Positions 26,801 to 38,292 of a DNA stretch of 64,000 nucleotides are shown here, piece after piece (positions within the stretch are counted from its first letter, which is position 1; every line of letters begins with the position of its first letter). The position numbers and the translations under genes were made by a program. Source of the stretch: Podospora anserina (Eukaryota); NCBI GenBank assembly GCA_017654855.1, contig CM030336.1:62001-126000 (forward strand), read 5' to 3'. The notes below the pieces were generated by a model. The model ran no database searches and had not been told where the DNA came from. It saw nothing but the letters and a program-made list of their open reading frames with translations.

Positions 26801-26945
26801 CGGCGTCGCCCTCGACGAGATCGATTTCTTCGTCGGGTGGTGGGAGAGAGAGATGGACAGGATCTGGGGTGCCGGCGGTGGGCGATCGGATCGATTCCTC
26901 GAGGTTCCTTTCGGGCTCGGTCAAGTCGAGCGACGGTCGCCGCAT
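23850..26945 (-). CDS. T-complex protein 11 / SOK1-like protein with IQ motif
   Basis: Intronless ORF of about 1030 aa with coiled coil, IQ-like KIQWWWRALQRQR, VRTFLSAFLILGHP, LCAPVRDEEV, MLSDYANY, PEMLRLD. Confidence 0.85.
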   Translation of the reverse strand: MRRPSLDLTEPERNLEESIRSPTAGTPDPVHLSLPPPDEEIDLVEGDADAAKISTPPPHIAARLFYRPTNQTRRKDSAASSRRNSISSAQSRSSHGYSLEGGPQSKYVAQHLRRASILEDRKARLADRAAHAEKVRLRAAIAKAVTKDTSASEERALAAAQARERNLAEIAASCAEEVKRAKAVAETMKEKREQEARKMKSQMEERLAEAERRREEFRNRNAAKIRGRERGQSLGTRKSPLVESMPNADTETDGMELSESAPLTEDAAVSKIQWWWRALQRQRAVAEFSALGLSIDAVRETSFDKVTVLLSQEKVLLVTSRILRICGLDEGKQGSVEEMAAVRTFLSAFLILGHPSQVLSNKEGQAVEESDQDGSGLSKPIPKDELPNPQSQELVGKARDLLVSFENILGRLTSFNNYTPPPLLFTTFPEVYATFYNAFIAWKARDSSSLVELMVMQFVELDAIWESVKDSTDGSVDQVYKKSIRDNQLLLLVRIKKLAGPARGKQMVADAVKAARRAKAKKPVGDMKPRVAEHSVTETAMGVLGVQEGSQQDASSQMPTPPSTPARKRDTFKVNVIIPSQKSLLPDNRIVVHELAINKEFRTEPHEYHEQQAGLLNPIFEDMRVTMQTQNQEAHFFLLLRVAESIREKLQRLVKPGNSMHTFIGELLDTETAKQQFAMGSFSYEKFFEAMGTLLPKLCAPVRDEEVKKLTEEKLSQGNYVDRLEALNGFIDVMLSDYANYLLQLAAPKLVTQAPVYEAKAFASDLEAGHFDLSVALQTWKATQQKLLAEVSRRDPEGVNHPSSRLTANRIYAQLLVNLFTQLSPVALDDMPEMLRLDHKRAVEAGRLTRRIVITGAILLQCKNLLKRDVRAPWRNEAQRIFAVLERSEQQGDLALDVAVEGIMAALEAGRSMPAATRGQLKALVSKFLLAGAEAATQSRQDEVSEPVLRLLLGRLRGHILARLAAVSTSDKVKFTSTAGEKLAGLGLAEFVDKVRDMVEMLGRVSVVDREAHGVWWDKVAEQAESEVSGN

Positions 26946-27602
26946 CGCGCTCGCCTTTGTTTGTGTCGTTGTGGTGGGCAAATCTTTGTCGTGTGTGCGG
27001 CTGGCGCTGGCGCGATGGGAAACTCAGCAAAAAGTAATAATGGCACAATTGGGAGGTGGAGAAGGGCCGTTATGTCATGGATCGATGGTCCTAGAGATGC
27101 AGCTTGCAGCTTGCAGCTTGCCTGCCTCGTGGGGATGTTGCAGTGCGCGTCCTGGTGACAAAGAGAAGATGGCAGAGACAAGAAAAAGAGACCGTGAGCC
27201 GGCGGAGGGAGGGAGTCAAAGAAAGCGTAAATAACTACTAACAGGAGGTCCGTCTCCCTCCTCCTGCCAAAAACAACCTGGAAGCGAACGGTGCTGACAC
27301 AGACGCAGTCAAGATGATGCGAACAAGAATAGAAGGCTGGGGAACCTTGATGACGAACAGCCGAGCTCGGGCCATCCTGCAGCCTGGTTGCACAACGAAG
27401 ATGCATTGTGCCAAGTCCTGCCGTTCTTCGTCCTCTGACAGAGTCGCACCCAAAAAAACTCCCACGGCCGACGTTAGCGGATCTTTGTTTCAACGTCAAA
27501 GACACCAATTACCCCTTCCCCTGAACCGAGCAAAAGAGCTAGTGCTCCCGGCTCAGACCGTCATTGTCTGGTTTCTAGATCACGAGTCGAGCCGAGAGGG
27601 CA

Positions 27603-28907
27603 TCACCTCCCCTCCAGCCTCTGCTCCTCCCATCTGTCACCCTCAGCATCGAGCTCCACCAACGAACTGTGGATGGTCCCTGGCCCCTTCCTCCCATTCG
27701 AAGCATGTAGCTCATGCACCAGTTCTCCGTTTCTGCCATAGTGTCCCCAGCTGCTGTCACCCGGTAGCTCGGGCGATACCAGCATCCAAGGTCCAGTATA
27801 CGGCGAGTTGAACATGGTCCATCGATCTTTATTCTCTCGCCTTTCCCGTTCCTCTACCTCCACATCCGCTTTCGCCGAGTTCTTTCGACCTCTTTCGCTG
27901 GACGTGTCACGGCTAGTTGTGACGACACGGGTGAAGATGCCCCTTTTCCTCTCTGTGCCCCCGGGCCACTTCCAACTCCTCGCCCACCTCGATGGAGTCC
28001 ATGAGGTGATTGACTCTCTCAGTTTAACAAATGCCGACCTCGAAAGGCCTGGCTCTTGTGTTGACTTGGTTTCTAAAGTCGCAAACTTGGTAAGGGCAGG
28101 GCCTGTGTTCCTCGGGTCATGGACTGCCCCAAACAAGCTCTTGTTTTTCAACCTTCGGCTTTGTTGCATCTTCCGCTTTTGTTTTCGGCGCCACATGAGG
28201 TAGGCTACCTCACACGCTACCAGGAGGGCCACCGTGAGGATTAGACCTATCGTGAGAGCTGCTGCTTGGCCAGAGGACATGTTTTCAGAGTTGGCTGTGC
28301 CGTCCTCGCCTGGTGGTAGCGGGAGGAAGGATGTGGTCACTGTTGTGTTGTCGAGACTTGTTGAGATGTGCGTTGGTGCTGGGCTCCTTGTCTGGAGGGT
28401 TGTCTGTGTCGAGGTGACAGGATTGCTTTCTGGCTCGGCTTGTACAGTCTGAGAAGAGTCCGTGATAAAAAAAGCAGGACTGCAAAGTTCAGGGTCTGCA
28501 GAGACGTATCCGCCCTCTTTGGTTTGCGGTTTGAAGCGGAGGACATAACGAGTCTTGGTCGATAATGTTTGTGGGGGTATGTTGGGTGTTTTCAAGTTGA
28601 TTGATCCGTCATGGCCGAGGTTGATTGCCCCTTGCGCACACTATCAGCACGGAGTGGTTGTGAGCAACAGATCAAACTTACTGGCAAGGCACAAAGCCAT
28701 GGGGTTGACCTCGAAATTCCATGTTGTCAACCAGAGGTCATACACACTATTGTTGAGGGCATTCCAAGATATGGGAATGTTTTGTCCGTGCGTGTAAGAC
28801 TCTGAAAAGTCCGGCTGCTTTCCGCTCGGCACATTCCAGAGGTATTGTCGTTGGGCGCCACCTTGTCTCCTTTCCACTGAAAATAAACGCCTCCAGGTTG
28901 CCGACAT
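27603..28907 (-). CDS. Single-pass membrane protein with Ser/Thr-rich extracellular region
   Basis: Exon 1 (MSATW..YTHGQNIPISW..LCLA) splices in frame through intron 28631-28681 to the 27603 ORF. S/T-rich stalk, TM segment ALTIGLILTVALLVACEVAYLMW followed by RRKQKRK, and ELPG/ELHA/ELDA repeats in the tail. Confidence 0.7.
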
Positions 28908-29747
28908 ACTGACAATACATAGGGATATGAAAAATAGAAATAGACGCGCTGCAAGTTGGCAATCCCACGGGACTGCGAGCCGCGAGGCCTTTATGTTGGT
29001 GATAATATCCGCCATTCCAGCCAAGCGTTGCCCGCACTCGAATGCAGTTGCTCTCCAACATGGTGGTGGTTCACCACGCGGTGTGCCCAACAAGCCTCGA
29101 TCGGGCGGTGATAACCAGGTTGAGTGAAATGGCTGCAGGACCGCTTGGCCGCATTGGGGTGCACCTGAGCGCGCCAACGAATGGAGACGATGGAATACCC
29201 GCAGAAGCGCGACTTCAAACCAACATGGCTATGAAGAAGGATATCTCTCTCTCTTGGCCCTGCGGTAGTGACCTGGCCGCCATTGGTGGCCTAGCCGTCG
29301 CTGGCGCTTATACCAGACTGCCGGGTCTGTCATGGTGTCCTCTTGACCACTCATTCACGCCCACTAACACTTGCAAGTTGGGTAGAGCTTCTTGGAAGCA
29401 AATCTGCCTGGTCGCCAATCTGCGACAATATCCAAGGCCCATCACGAAGCCGACACGTCGTCGCTGAATACACAGCAGAGAGACGAAAACACGAGCTAGG
29501 TGTGTCAAAGTGGCCCTTGAGTCATATGCATGCACCTCTCCTACATTATTCCGACCAACATGCCATGGACTGCAACACTGAATGTGCTCGTGATCATGGA
29601 TCTGAGATTACCTGGTAGAGACAAGCAACATGTCCTCCGCTCCAGTGCCATGATACCTCTGTGTCCAGATATTAGCCAAGCGACAGGGAAAAAAAACAAA
29701 AGGTTAAAGGGGGCCAAAACAAAGCAAAGGTGGGAGGAAGTCAAAAT

Positions 29748-29840
29748 TGATCGCGGCAGGGATCGAACCTGCGATCCTCTGCGTTACAGATGCCAAATAA
29801 GCTTGTAAAGCAGATGCCTTAACCACTGGGCCACGCAACC
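29748..29840 (-). tRNA. tRNA-Val(TAC) with about 20-nt intron
   Basis: Cloverleaf: GGTTGCG/CGCGATC acceptor stem, AGTGGTTAA D-loop, TCTGC/GCAGA anticodon stem with TT-TAC-A, intron after position 37, GCAGG-TTCGATC-CCTGC T arm. Confidence 0.95.
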
Positions 29841-30717
29841 TTGGATGGAGATGTTGGTCAGAGCTTTAACTTACCTTGTGGGATGGAGTGGGGTGCGGGG
29901 TATGCTTGAGTCTACACTAGGACATAATTGATTGCATGTCTGTTTTTATCCTCTTTGTGATAAAGGATGCCATCACATAACGAATTCTGGTTGCTTTAGG
30001 TTTGCTTGGGTACCTATTTATGTAACAATGTATGTCAGTAAGAAATGAATGTCATTTGCCACGCTCTTGGAAACACCTATTGGTGGTCTGGAAAGCACTT
30101 ATGAGGAGAGAGCCGATTACATTACACAACACAGCGTTCTGTCTCACTGTTTCACATACATTTCGGAATCCCATATCCTCGGAAATGCACGTCCCTCTGC
30201 ACTCTCCAAAAGCAGGCTGTACACAGCGGCGTTCAGCCAGCCAAGAGCCTGGGCTTTGCTCGTCGAGCTCGTCGCCAAGCCCCCAAGACTCGCCTTTGAC
30301 GATGCAGAACGAGAATTCGCTGGGCGCCAAGAGTCTTGGGATCCTCATGATTACCAACAGAAGGACCTGGCCAAGGCTGGGCGAAAGAATCATCATGCAC
30401 CCTCTGGTCGGGAATAAATCTGCTTTTAAGCATTGCTCTCCCTCTTTCCTCTGCGGGACCTGGAAAAAGAGACCATTCATTCTTTCTCGACTGGTCACTA
30501 TCTGGCGGCAACCTTATCAACGCCGACCACCCCCTGCCTTTGGTACAGCAGCGTCCACAACAGCACCCAGAACGACGACGATGTTATGAGATATCGCCCC
30601 TCCGCTGCTTACAGGCTCGTATGACGGAGATCACGGCTAAATAGCGTCATCCATATATATCAGATCCAGAAGGACTCGCCTAGGAAGTCGACAGTCGCCG
30701 TTTTCAGTCAGAGCATC

Positions 30718-31752
30718 ATGGACTCGCCACATCAACATCCGAGGAGAGTTGAGGACCAAGATGCAGCAATCATATACGAAAGCGACTCCGAGGCTGGCGT
30801 GTATCAACAGGCACGATGGCAACACCGAACAGACACTATAGAGCGGCAAGGAAACAGCAGACCAGATCTTTTACTCTCCAGAAAGCTGAAGCCATGGTAC
30901 ACGGCCCGCACAATCTTGGGCATCTTTTGTGCGGTGCTCTCGCTTGCACTATTGGGACTGGGAATCAAACTGGCCGTCAAGTATGAGTCGGCACCGCTCA
31001 TTCACGTCACTGTGGCCTTTACAGTCTTTACGGTATGTTTGTCTGTTTTGTGCTAAAAATCTCTGCACGATGCTGATCAACAACAGGCCGGGGCATCCCT
31101 CCTATGGAGCTTGTTTGAATTCATCGCCATGTGCACCCGCGCCCAGAGAAGGGGCATCTACCCCGGCGCCCACGTGGGCGTGCACATGGGTCTCTGCCTC
31201 GTGTCTGTTGCGGTGGTGGGCTACGTCGGTATCTGGGTGTCGCATGGGCAGGACAGTCGGGTCGAGGCAAGCAGGAACAGGCTGGAATACTCGCCCTTGT
31301 ACCACATGGGGGTGGTGATATTGATTGTTTCATCTGTGTTGCTGTGAGTATTCCTGTCCTAGTCGTCAACATGAGCGTAGCATCAGAGGACTAACGGCAG
31401 GTCTAGACTTGTTCATTTTGTTATTTCCATCCTGGCCTGCCAGGAACTGAGGCGGAAAGATGACGGGGATGTGCACAGAACTGTTGTCACGGTTCGATAT
31501 GACGGAGTCGGCCCTACAGGAACGGCGCGACCAATGGGTTACCGGACGACGCCGGAAACGATTGGTCTGCCAGCCTACACGACTAGGGACCATCGGGATG
31601 AGGCAGCAATGATTCGATCTCCACCTATTGTGATAGCCAGGGGTGATTTGGGTGTGGAAATCATTGAAACTCCCACTACCACTCGGACAGTCTTGGGGGA
31701 GACAGAGATGGACGGACCAGAGGAGAAAGCACTCAGGTCGTCAAAGCGGTAA
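30718..31752 (+). CDS. Four-TM membrane protein (MARVEL-like orphan), 3 exons
   Basis: Introns 31033-31086 and 31344-31406 give a continuous frame with four hydrophobic segments and a YPGAHVGVH motif. Confidence 0.75.
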
Positions 31753-33678
31753 TGGTAGAGGGTTTCCTACCACACGTCAGTAATGAACGCAATGCGATAT
31801 AGCTAATGACTAATCAATACATGTGTATCCTACATGATATGGGTGATTACATCAAGAAATGTGTCAACTTCTCCTGAGAATTTGCCAGTTGGGAAGTCCG
31901 GGGTAAGCTTGTCCGAAGGATTCGATAGCTGCAAGACTACGGCAGATACGGCCCGTGCATGTGGCCTTTGGCTCACTCGCGCCATCTTTCACTTTTTCCA
32001 ACACCTTGCAGTTGTTTTCTTAGCCGGCAAGCAATTACATATATCCCCTTCATCATATGCCCTTTTTCGTTGTACGTATCTGAGGTTGTAACAGTTGTGT
32101 TTGTCTTTCCCAATCATGCCGACGGGAAACTAAGGAACGCCGGGACGACGAGCGGGGGTAGGCACCAGGGTTGCATCGTGAACTGTAGGAGACTTGAGAG
32201 CTCTGAATTTTGCGCTTTTGGTGCTGTCCAAGAAAAGGCCAGAATATTTCTGGAGGGTTTGATCAGCTTGCCCTCTCAGGCAAAACACCAAACACCAGCA
32301 TTCACATTCCTCGCAGTCAATCTCGTGGTGAAAGCAACTGCGAGCACGTGGGGGGAGGGGACACCGGGCCAGACCCTTGGGATAAAAATAAGAACTTAGC
32401 GTCATCCAAGCTCTCGGTGACATTGCGCTATCTAGCAAACGCGGGGCAAAAGAGACCTGTATCTCTCAACCTGCAACTGGAATGTTGTGTCTAAACTATG
32501 GGTAAAAGAGCCTCATTAGCATTAATTTTTTTCTTTTATCGTGTTATGCTCGCGGTAGAAAATATTTTTGCCACGGTATGGTTTGCCAAACACAGGCGGT
32601 CCCTTATGCAGTGAGATCAGATGCAACCGTGACAGTCAGCCCCTCACCAATCCCTCCCCCAACAGACAGTGCTGCTGCGCCGGCCGCCGGGGAAGAAACC
32701 GGTGAGAATTTCCTGAGGTTGAGTGGCTCTGCGCCGCAGGCGATGTATGGGATTTGAATAGGGGGTTTTGTTAGAATTCTCTTGACAACAGTTCCAGGTT
32801 ACACGCCTCTGGTCCACAAGATGACGAAGTTTGTCGAGTCCCTGTCGAGGCCGGAGTCAGGTTGTTTAGGACATCGTGTACACGGACAGCAGTGTTACCT
32901 ATTTGATCCGGGAAGTCTACATGTATTTCGTACACTTTTGTACATCAAAGAGCTCTTCATTACTCTGTAGACCTGTCCACAACCGCATCATCAACTGATA
33001 CCCGGATGTCTTGAAGCTCACTGTCAGAGAACCCCCCGTCAGCGCTAGCGTCGGTCTTCAGGGCTGACGATCCATGTGGGGCATGGATGGCATGGCTGGG
33101 ACCCTACGGGGCCGTTCCCGAAGACCGAACGCGCCAGGTCCGCCCATCTTCATCATTCAGGAACCAGTTAATGGCGGGTAAAAAATAACGATTCAGACGT
33201 TGAAACAAGTCGTCGGGAGTGACCTGAGGGATACCCGACATGGGACGTGCCCGGCCTACACACTACTGACTGAGGTGTCGCATGGAAGATCGCCCAGCAG
33301 AACAGGTTTGGCTGGAGGGTGCCTGGTTGGAAGTGGGTGGTGCAAGGTTTCTGGCAGGTACCACCCTCCTGTCGTGCATCATTAGCGCCCGACCCTCTGG
33401 AGCAACACCCCATGAGGCCCCAATCAATCCTCAGCATTTGCGGTGCACGCAGAGCTGAAGGCCAGAATCTCGTATTTCCTCCGCTCATTTCCCACGCACG
33501 CTCTCTTTATCAGAGTGTTTCGCTGGTTCTCTGGCTTTTCTGTCTTCGTGATCCTTTGCTTTCTCCCCTCCAACGTCCCTCTCCCAGTCCGATGTGCTGC
33601 TGAGCTGGAGATGCTGCAGCCTGTCGCCGTCCCATCTCGATGATTTCACAACATAAATACACCGGTTCGCCCGCCAGA

Positions 33679-35264
33679 ATGCCGTCTCGGAGGTCGTCTG
33701 TCGCGATCGCCTTCATCGCCCTTAGTTTCCTGCTGCTGCTCTACACATCGAGGAGGCTGGGCAGCTGGACGCCCTACAACGAGCCTTATCACCACGAGAC
33801 CGATCCTCACAAGAGCCAACATGCGCCTCAGGGAGATGGCGCCCACGATACCAAGCCCGTACCGTCGACGCAGGCCCCCGCCGTCGACCCCCTGTGCGAA
33901 GGGTTCCCCGACACCAGCAACATCCTGCTCGTCATGAAGACGGGAGCGTCCGAGTCCTTTGCGCGTGTGCCCACCCAGATGATGACCATGCTCAAGTGCC
34001 TCCCCGACTTCCTCATCTTTAGCGACATGGACCAAAACATTGGCGGACAAGAGATCCACGACAGTCTGGCCACGGTCCAGGAGGCTGCGCAGGAAGACAA
34101 CTCGGACTTTGACCTGTATCGCCGACAAAAGTGGTGCGAGGTCGACCAGGAGAACTGCAACAAGCTCGGCAACCCGGCCCGGGAAGGGTGGAACCTTGAC
34201 AAGTACAAGAACGTCCACATTGCTGAGAAGGCGTATAACATGCGGCCCAACTACGACTGGTATCTGTTTGTCGACGCCGACACCTACGTGCTGTGGCCCA
34301 ACCTGGTCGAGTGGCTGAAGCAGCTGAAGCCGACCAAGAAGGTCTACCTGGGCAGCGTCACGCTGATCAATAACTTCAGCTTCGGACACGGAGGCTCGGG
34401 TTACATCGTCAGCAAGGCGACCATGGACGACTTCATCGGCAACAACCCGGGTGTCGGCAACCAGTACGATATGAGAGCAAAGCGCGAGTGCTGCGGCGAT
34501 TACATCTTTGCCCTTGCGCTCAAGGACAAGACGGAAGTCGGGGTCCAGCAGATGGTAAGTGTCTCCCTCTCTACATTGGCATGCTTCTTCCTTGGCACGC
34601 TCGCTCGCGTGGTGTCCTGGATCCCGATCGCTTCCAGCATTTTGGGACGAGGCTAACAGCTGGACTGCAGTGGCCTACCATCAACGGCGAAAAGCCCGCC
34701 ACTCTTCCCTTCGGCCCATCGCATTGGTGCCACCCCATTGTCACCATGCACCACATGAACGCCGAGGAGATCAACACCTTCTGGCACTTTGAACGGAAGC
34801 GATACCACCGCCTCGCGCAGTCTGGCAAAAAGGCCGAGACGCTTGTGATCCGCGACATCTTTGACGAATTCTTGGCTCCCAAACTGAACGAGACACGCGA
34901 GGATTGGGACAACAACGCCGACAATCGCTTCTACCTCGACCAATCCAACGACCGCAAGTGGGAAGACTGGATGACGAACCGCATGAAGAAGCAGGATCAG
35001 TACAACGAGCACGAGAAGAAGGCACACGAGTCGTTCGAGGCCTGTGGTGCCGCCTGCAAGAGCTTGGGCAACGAGTGCTTCATGTACAGATACAAGGATG
35101 GTGCCTGCAGTATTTCCAACTCGTTCCAGCTTGGCAAACCCCTGAAGAAGGGGGCAGACAAGGACCGGACCATGAGCGGCTGGGACGTCGAAAAGATCAA
35201 GAAGTGGGTGGCCGATCAACCGGCATGCGACAAGATCCGTTGGCCCGAGGTCAAGACCAACTAG
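33679..35264 (+). CDS. Glycosyltransferase family 31 (Fringe/core-1-like)
   Basis: Type II signal anchor, LVMKTGA, WNLDKYK, WYLFVDADTY (DxD), GHGGSGY, CCGD, PIVTMHH. Intron at about 34555-34670. Confidence 0.92.
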
Positions 35265-35858
35265 AAGGAGGAGTTGTCATCATGGTCGCCAATGGGAGTT
35301 TCATTCCGATTCAAGGCAAAAAACACACATTCATGAGCCATCAGCTTTGGGAATTTTAGGGATAGGGACTGCTTTGGCGTTTGGGTTGGCTTTGACGGGC
35401 GCTGTGGCATACTGGGTAGGTATAATGAAGGAAGGGAAAGACAGGACAAAGGAAGAGGAGCTCTCTGGTACAGGACTCCATCAGCATCATTGAACAAAAC
35501 ACGACAAAAGCGGCGGGAATAGATCTTTTTGGGGGGCACTTTTACAACCAGCGGCATCTGACAAGCAAGCAGGCGAGCACGTACATTGGTCATTTTCTCT
35601 TGATAGAGTTTGTTTGACGGCATCTCTCCTTCAACAATTGTATAAATCTGCCTTGGCATATGTAGATGAATGCAACCATGTAGACAACAGGGTGTGTTTG
35701 GGTTGTTGAAACAAGTGTTGCCACTTCCCTGGATTGGGTACCATACGGCAAACCAATAATCCCGGCGTGAGACACACATCAAGACATGTTTTATTGCCCG
35801 TCTCATTTTTATCCAGCTTCACCTCCCCTGCTTCCCCAATCCTCGTTCACGACTCCGA

Positions 35859-37133
35859 CTAGATATACGGCTGCAGACTAGGCAAAACCCGATCATACGC
35901 CACACTGGACGGCGGCTCCATTGCAAACATGTAGTTTCCCCACCATGGGCCGCCTCCCCACCAAGCCCAGCCAGTCCAGACATCGTTGTTCTGCTGCAGG
36001 TAACTCAGCATTCCTGTCAGGGCAGCAATGCAGTTGGTGTTGGCCCCGCCGGCTGTCTCTCCGAGGAAGCCCTTCTTCTTATTCTGCTTCAGCCACTCGG
36101 TAGCAGCACGGACACGTTCAGCGCCGATGGTGCGGGAAACGCAGGTTTCCGAGGTGCCGGAGCCGTCGCTGTCGAGGTACTGGTGCATTTGGTAAATAAT
36201 CTTCTCGCCCGTCGAGTCGGCTGGATCGCGGAGGGAGAGGAGGTTGGCTCCGTTGCCCGAGGATACCTATGGGCGAGTATGGTTAGTGCCAAGACTGACA
36301 ATGAACAGGGGCAGAATAGGGGGCGTTACCCAGGTCCAAGCGCCAGTCCAAGAGTTTCCTTCGACCATGATGTACTGAGCCGTCGCTCCCGTGGCACGGA
36401 TGGCGTCGATAGCAGCTTGGTTGAGGCGGCGGACTAGATCATCAGCCATGTCGTGATACTCGTTGTTGGTGTCAAAGATGACCTTGTCGTTGTTGACGAA
36501 GAGCTTGGCAATGGTGGTCCACCAGGCCGCGAAGCCAGCTACATCGGTTATGACGTTGTTGTAGTAGCGGCCAAAGTTGTGGGGGTCAATGATGGCATAG
36601 GCGCCTTTGCTGGTGACATAGTTGACGATCTGGAGCTTCATTAGCGACCTATCAAGAACAGGACACGTTCACTGGGAAACTACATCAGTCAGGCCGCTGG
36701 CATAAGTGGCATCAAGTGGGCCATCAAGCTTGTTGGGAACAATGCGTTCCCTGACAGGGTGTCAGCGCTTTTGACTGGAGTACGTTATGTTGAATGTGCC
36801 AAGGTCCACTCACATCATGAAAGCAATGCGGAAAGTGTTGAATCCCTTGCCCATCAAGGCCTATCCCGTATCATCAGTTTTAGAAGCTACACAAGCAATC
36901 TGCCGTGTCGGATCAAGACTTACGTCGATACTCGACCTCACCGGCCAGGTGTAGTGTTTTCCAAGCTGGCCAGGCAGAGTATCTTTTCCGAACTCAGCAC
37001 CGGATTGGTTGACGCCAACGAACTGGAACTTGGTTGCCCGCTTGGTCGGGGCATCACAGACTGGCGCCGGGGCCGGAGCCGCCAGCGCTGACCCGACGGC
37101 AGCAGCGCCGAGAAGAAAATTGAGAAGCTTCAT
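35859..37133 (-). CDS. Secreted GH5_5 endo-beta-1,4-glucanase (no CBM1), 5 exons
   Basis: Signal peptide, [25 protein letters not shown] (acid/base Glu), [15 protein letters not shown] (nucleophile), WWGGGPWW. Four introns restore the frame. Confidence 0.95.
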
Positions 37134-37261
37134 GGCGAACTCTCACACGATGATGGAGTGACAAGTTCAACATAGCACCAACACGGCAGACTCATTCTTA
37201 TACCAATAGTCAATATTTCCATTCAGTCTTGACGACTGCAATCAAAACATCACCAGGCCAC

Positions 37262-37278
37262 CGGAAATACCCCCTCCG
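37262..37278. promoter_or_regulatory. CGG-N11-CCG Zn2Cys6 site (CLR-2/Gal4-type) upstream of the GH5 gene
   Basis: CGGaaataccccctCCG about 130 bp upstream of the ATG, with TATAA on the minus strand at about 37198-37202. Confidence 0.5.
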
Positions 37279-38292
37279 CCCTCGCGATGAGAAAATAAAG
37301 TAAAGTTGATTAGGAGCTCTGCGCTGCTCAGATTTCCCTGAAACATTACGCCACGAGCGAGGCTCATATTCAGGCATGTCGGCGAGCACATAATTCGCGA
37401 GTGAAAGAGGCTCCAATCGGCGCCTTGGGAGGTATCTCGTCACCAAGATGCAGATGCAGACTTGCCAACAGCCGGGAATCGTCGTTGGAGAGTCTGTGGG
37501 GTGACACCCTGCTCAAGGCCCGAATGGGGCTGCTTCCTCCGCCCTCCTCGAATCAGCCGTGAGAGCGCCATCGAGGGGATGGTCACAAGAAACAGATCAG
37601 ATGGGCCGTTGAGCTCGAAGTGGATATTCTCACTTTAGCAAGTTCAATAATAAGATTGACTTGCGATAAATTAGAGACTGGAACGACAAAGCGTCGATCA
37701 CCTAAAGATCGAGGACACAGATTACCTTAGTTAGGTAGGTACTTGAGGCTCGGTCCAAGTCATCAGGCAAGGCTGCGATGTTTTTGCCTGTAAGGGAGGC
37801 TACTATTTCCCCCTGACTTGTATCTACCTTAGTCAGGTAGTAGGTGCCGATGTCATTCAGGTAGGTCAGATTATGGGGTACACTGTAGCGAAATCTTAGC
37901 CCTTTGCCTAGCGATCACCTAGATACAAGAATGACCGGTATGGCAAAGCACCGCAAATTATCATTGCTATAGTCGCACTAGTTTCCTTGGCGACACACAA
38001 GCCGTCGAAAATGCCGATCTAGATACAGGGCCGGGAGTAATCCGGCAACCGGAACACGGGGGCGGAGCCGGCCCGCATGACCTCTACCTTAACACCGATT
38101 TGAGCCGAATGTTTCGACCCCCTTTCCCCTCGTAGTTGGTGGGCATGTTGGTGTTACACTCTCTCCAAATCCTCATTAACTCAGCCAGCTGATCGACCGA
38201 TTCGCCTTGAAATTTAGGACGGTACAATCGGACGTCAAGCCGCCCGGCAACGCTATTAGCAACCGAACTCACCGGAGAAAAGTGGAGAACAG

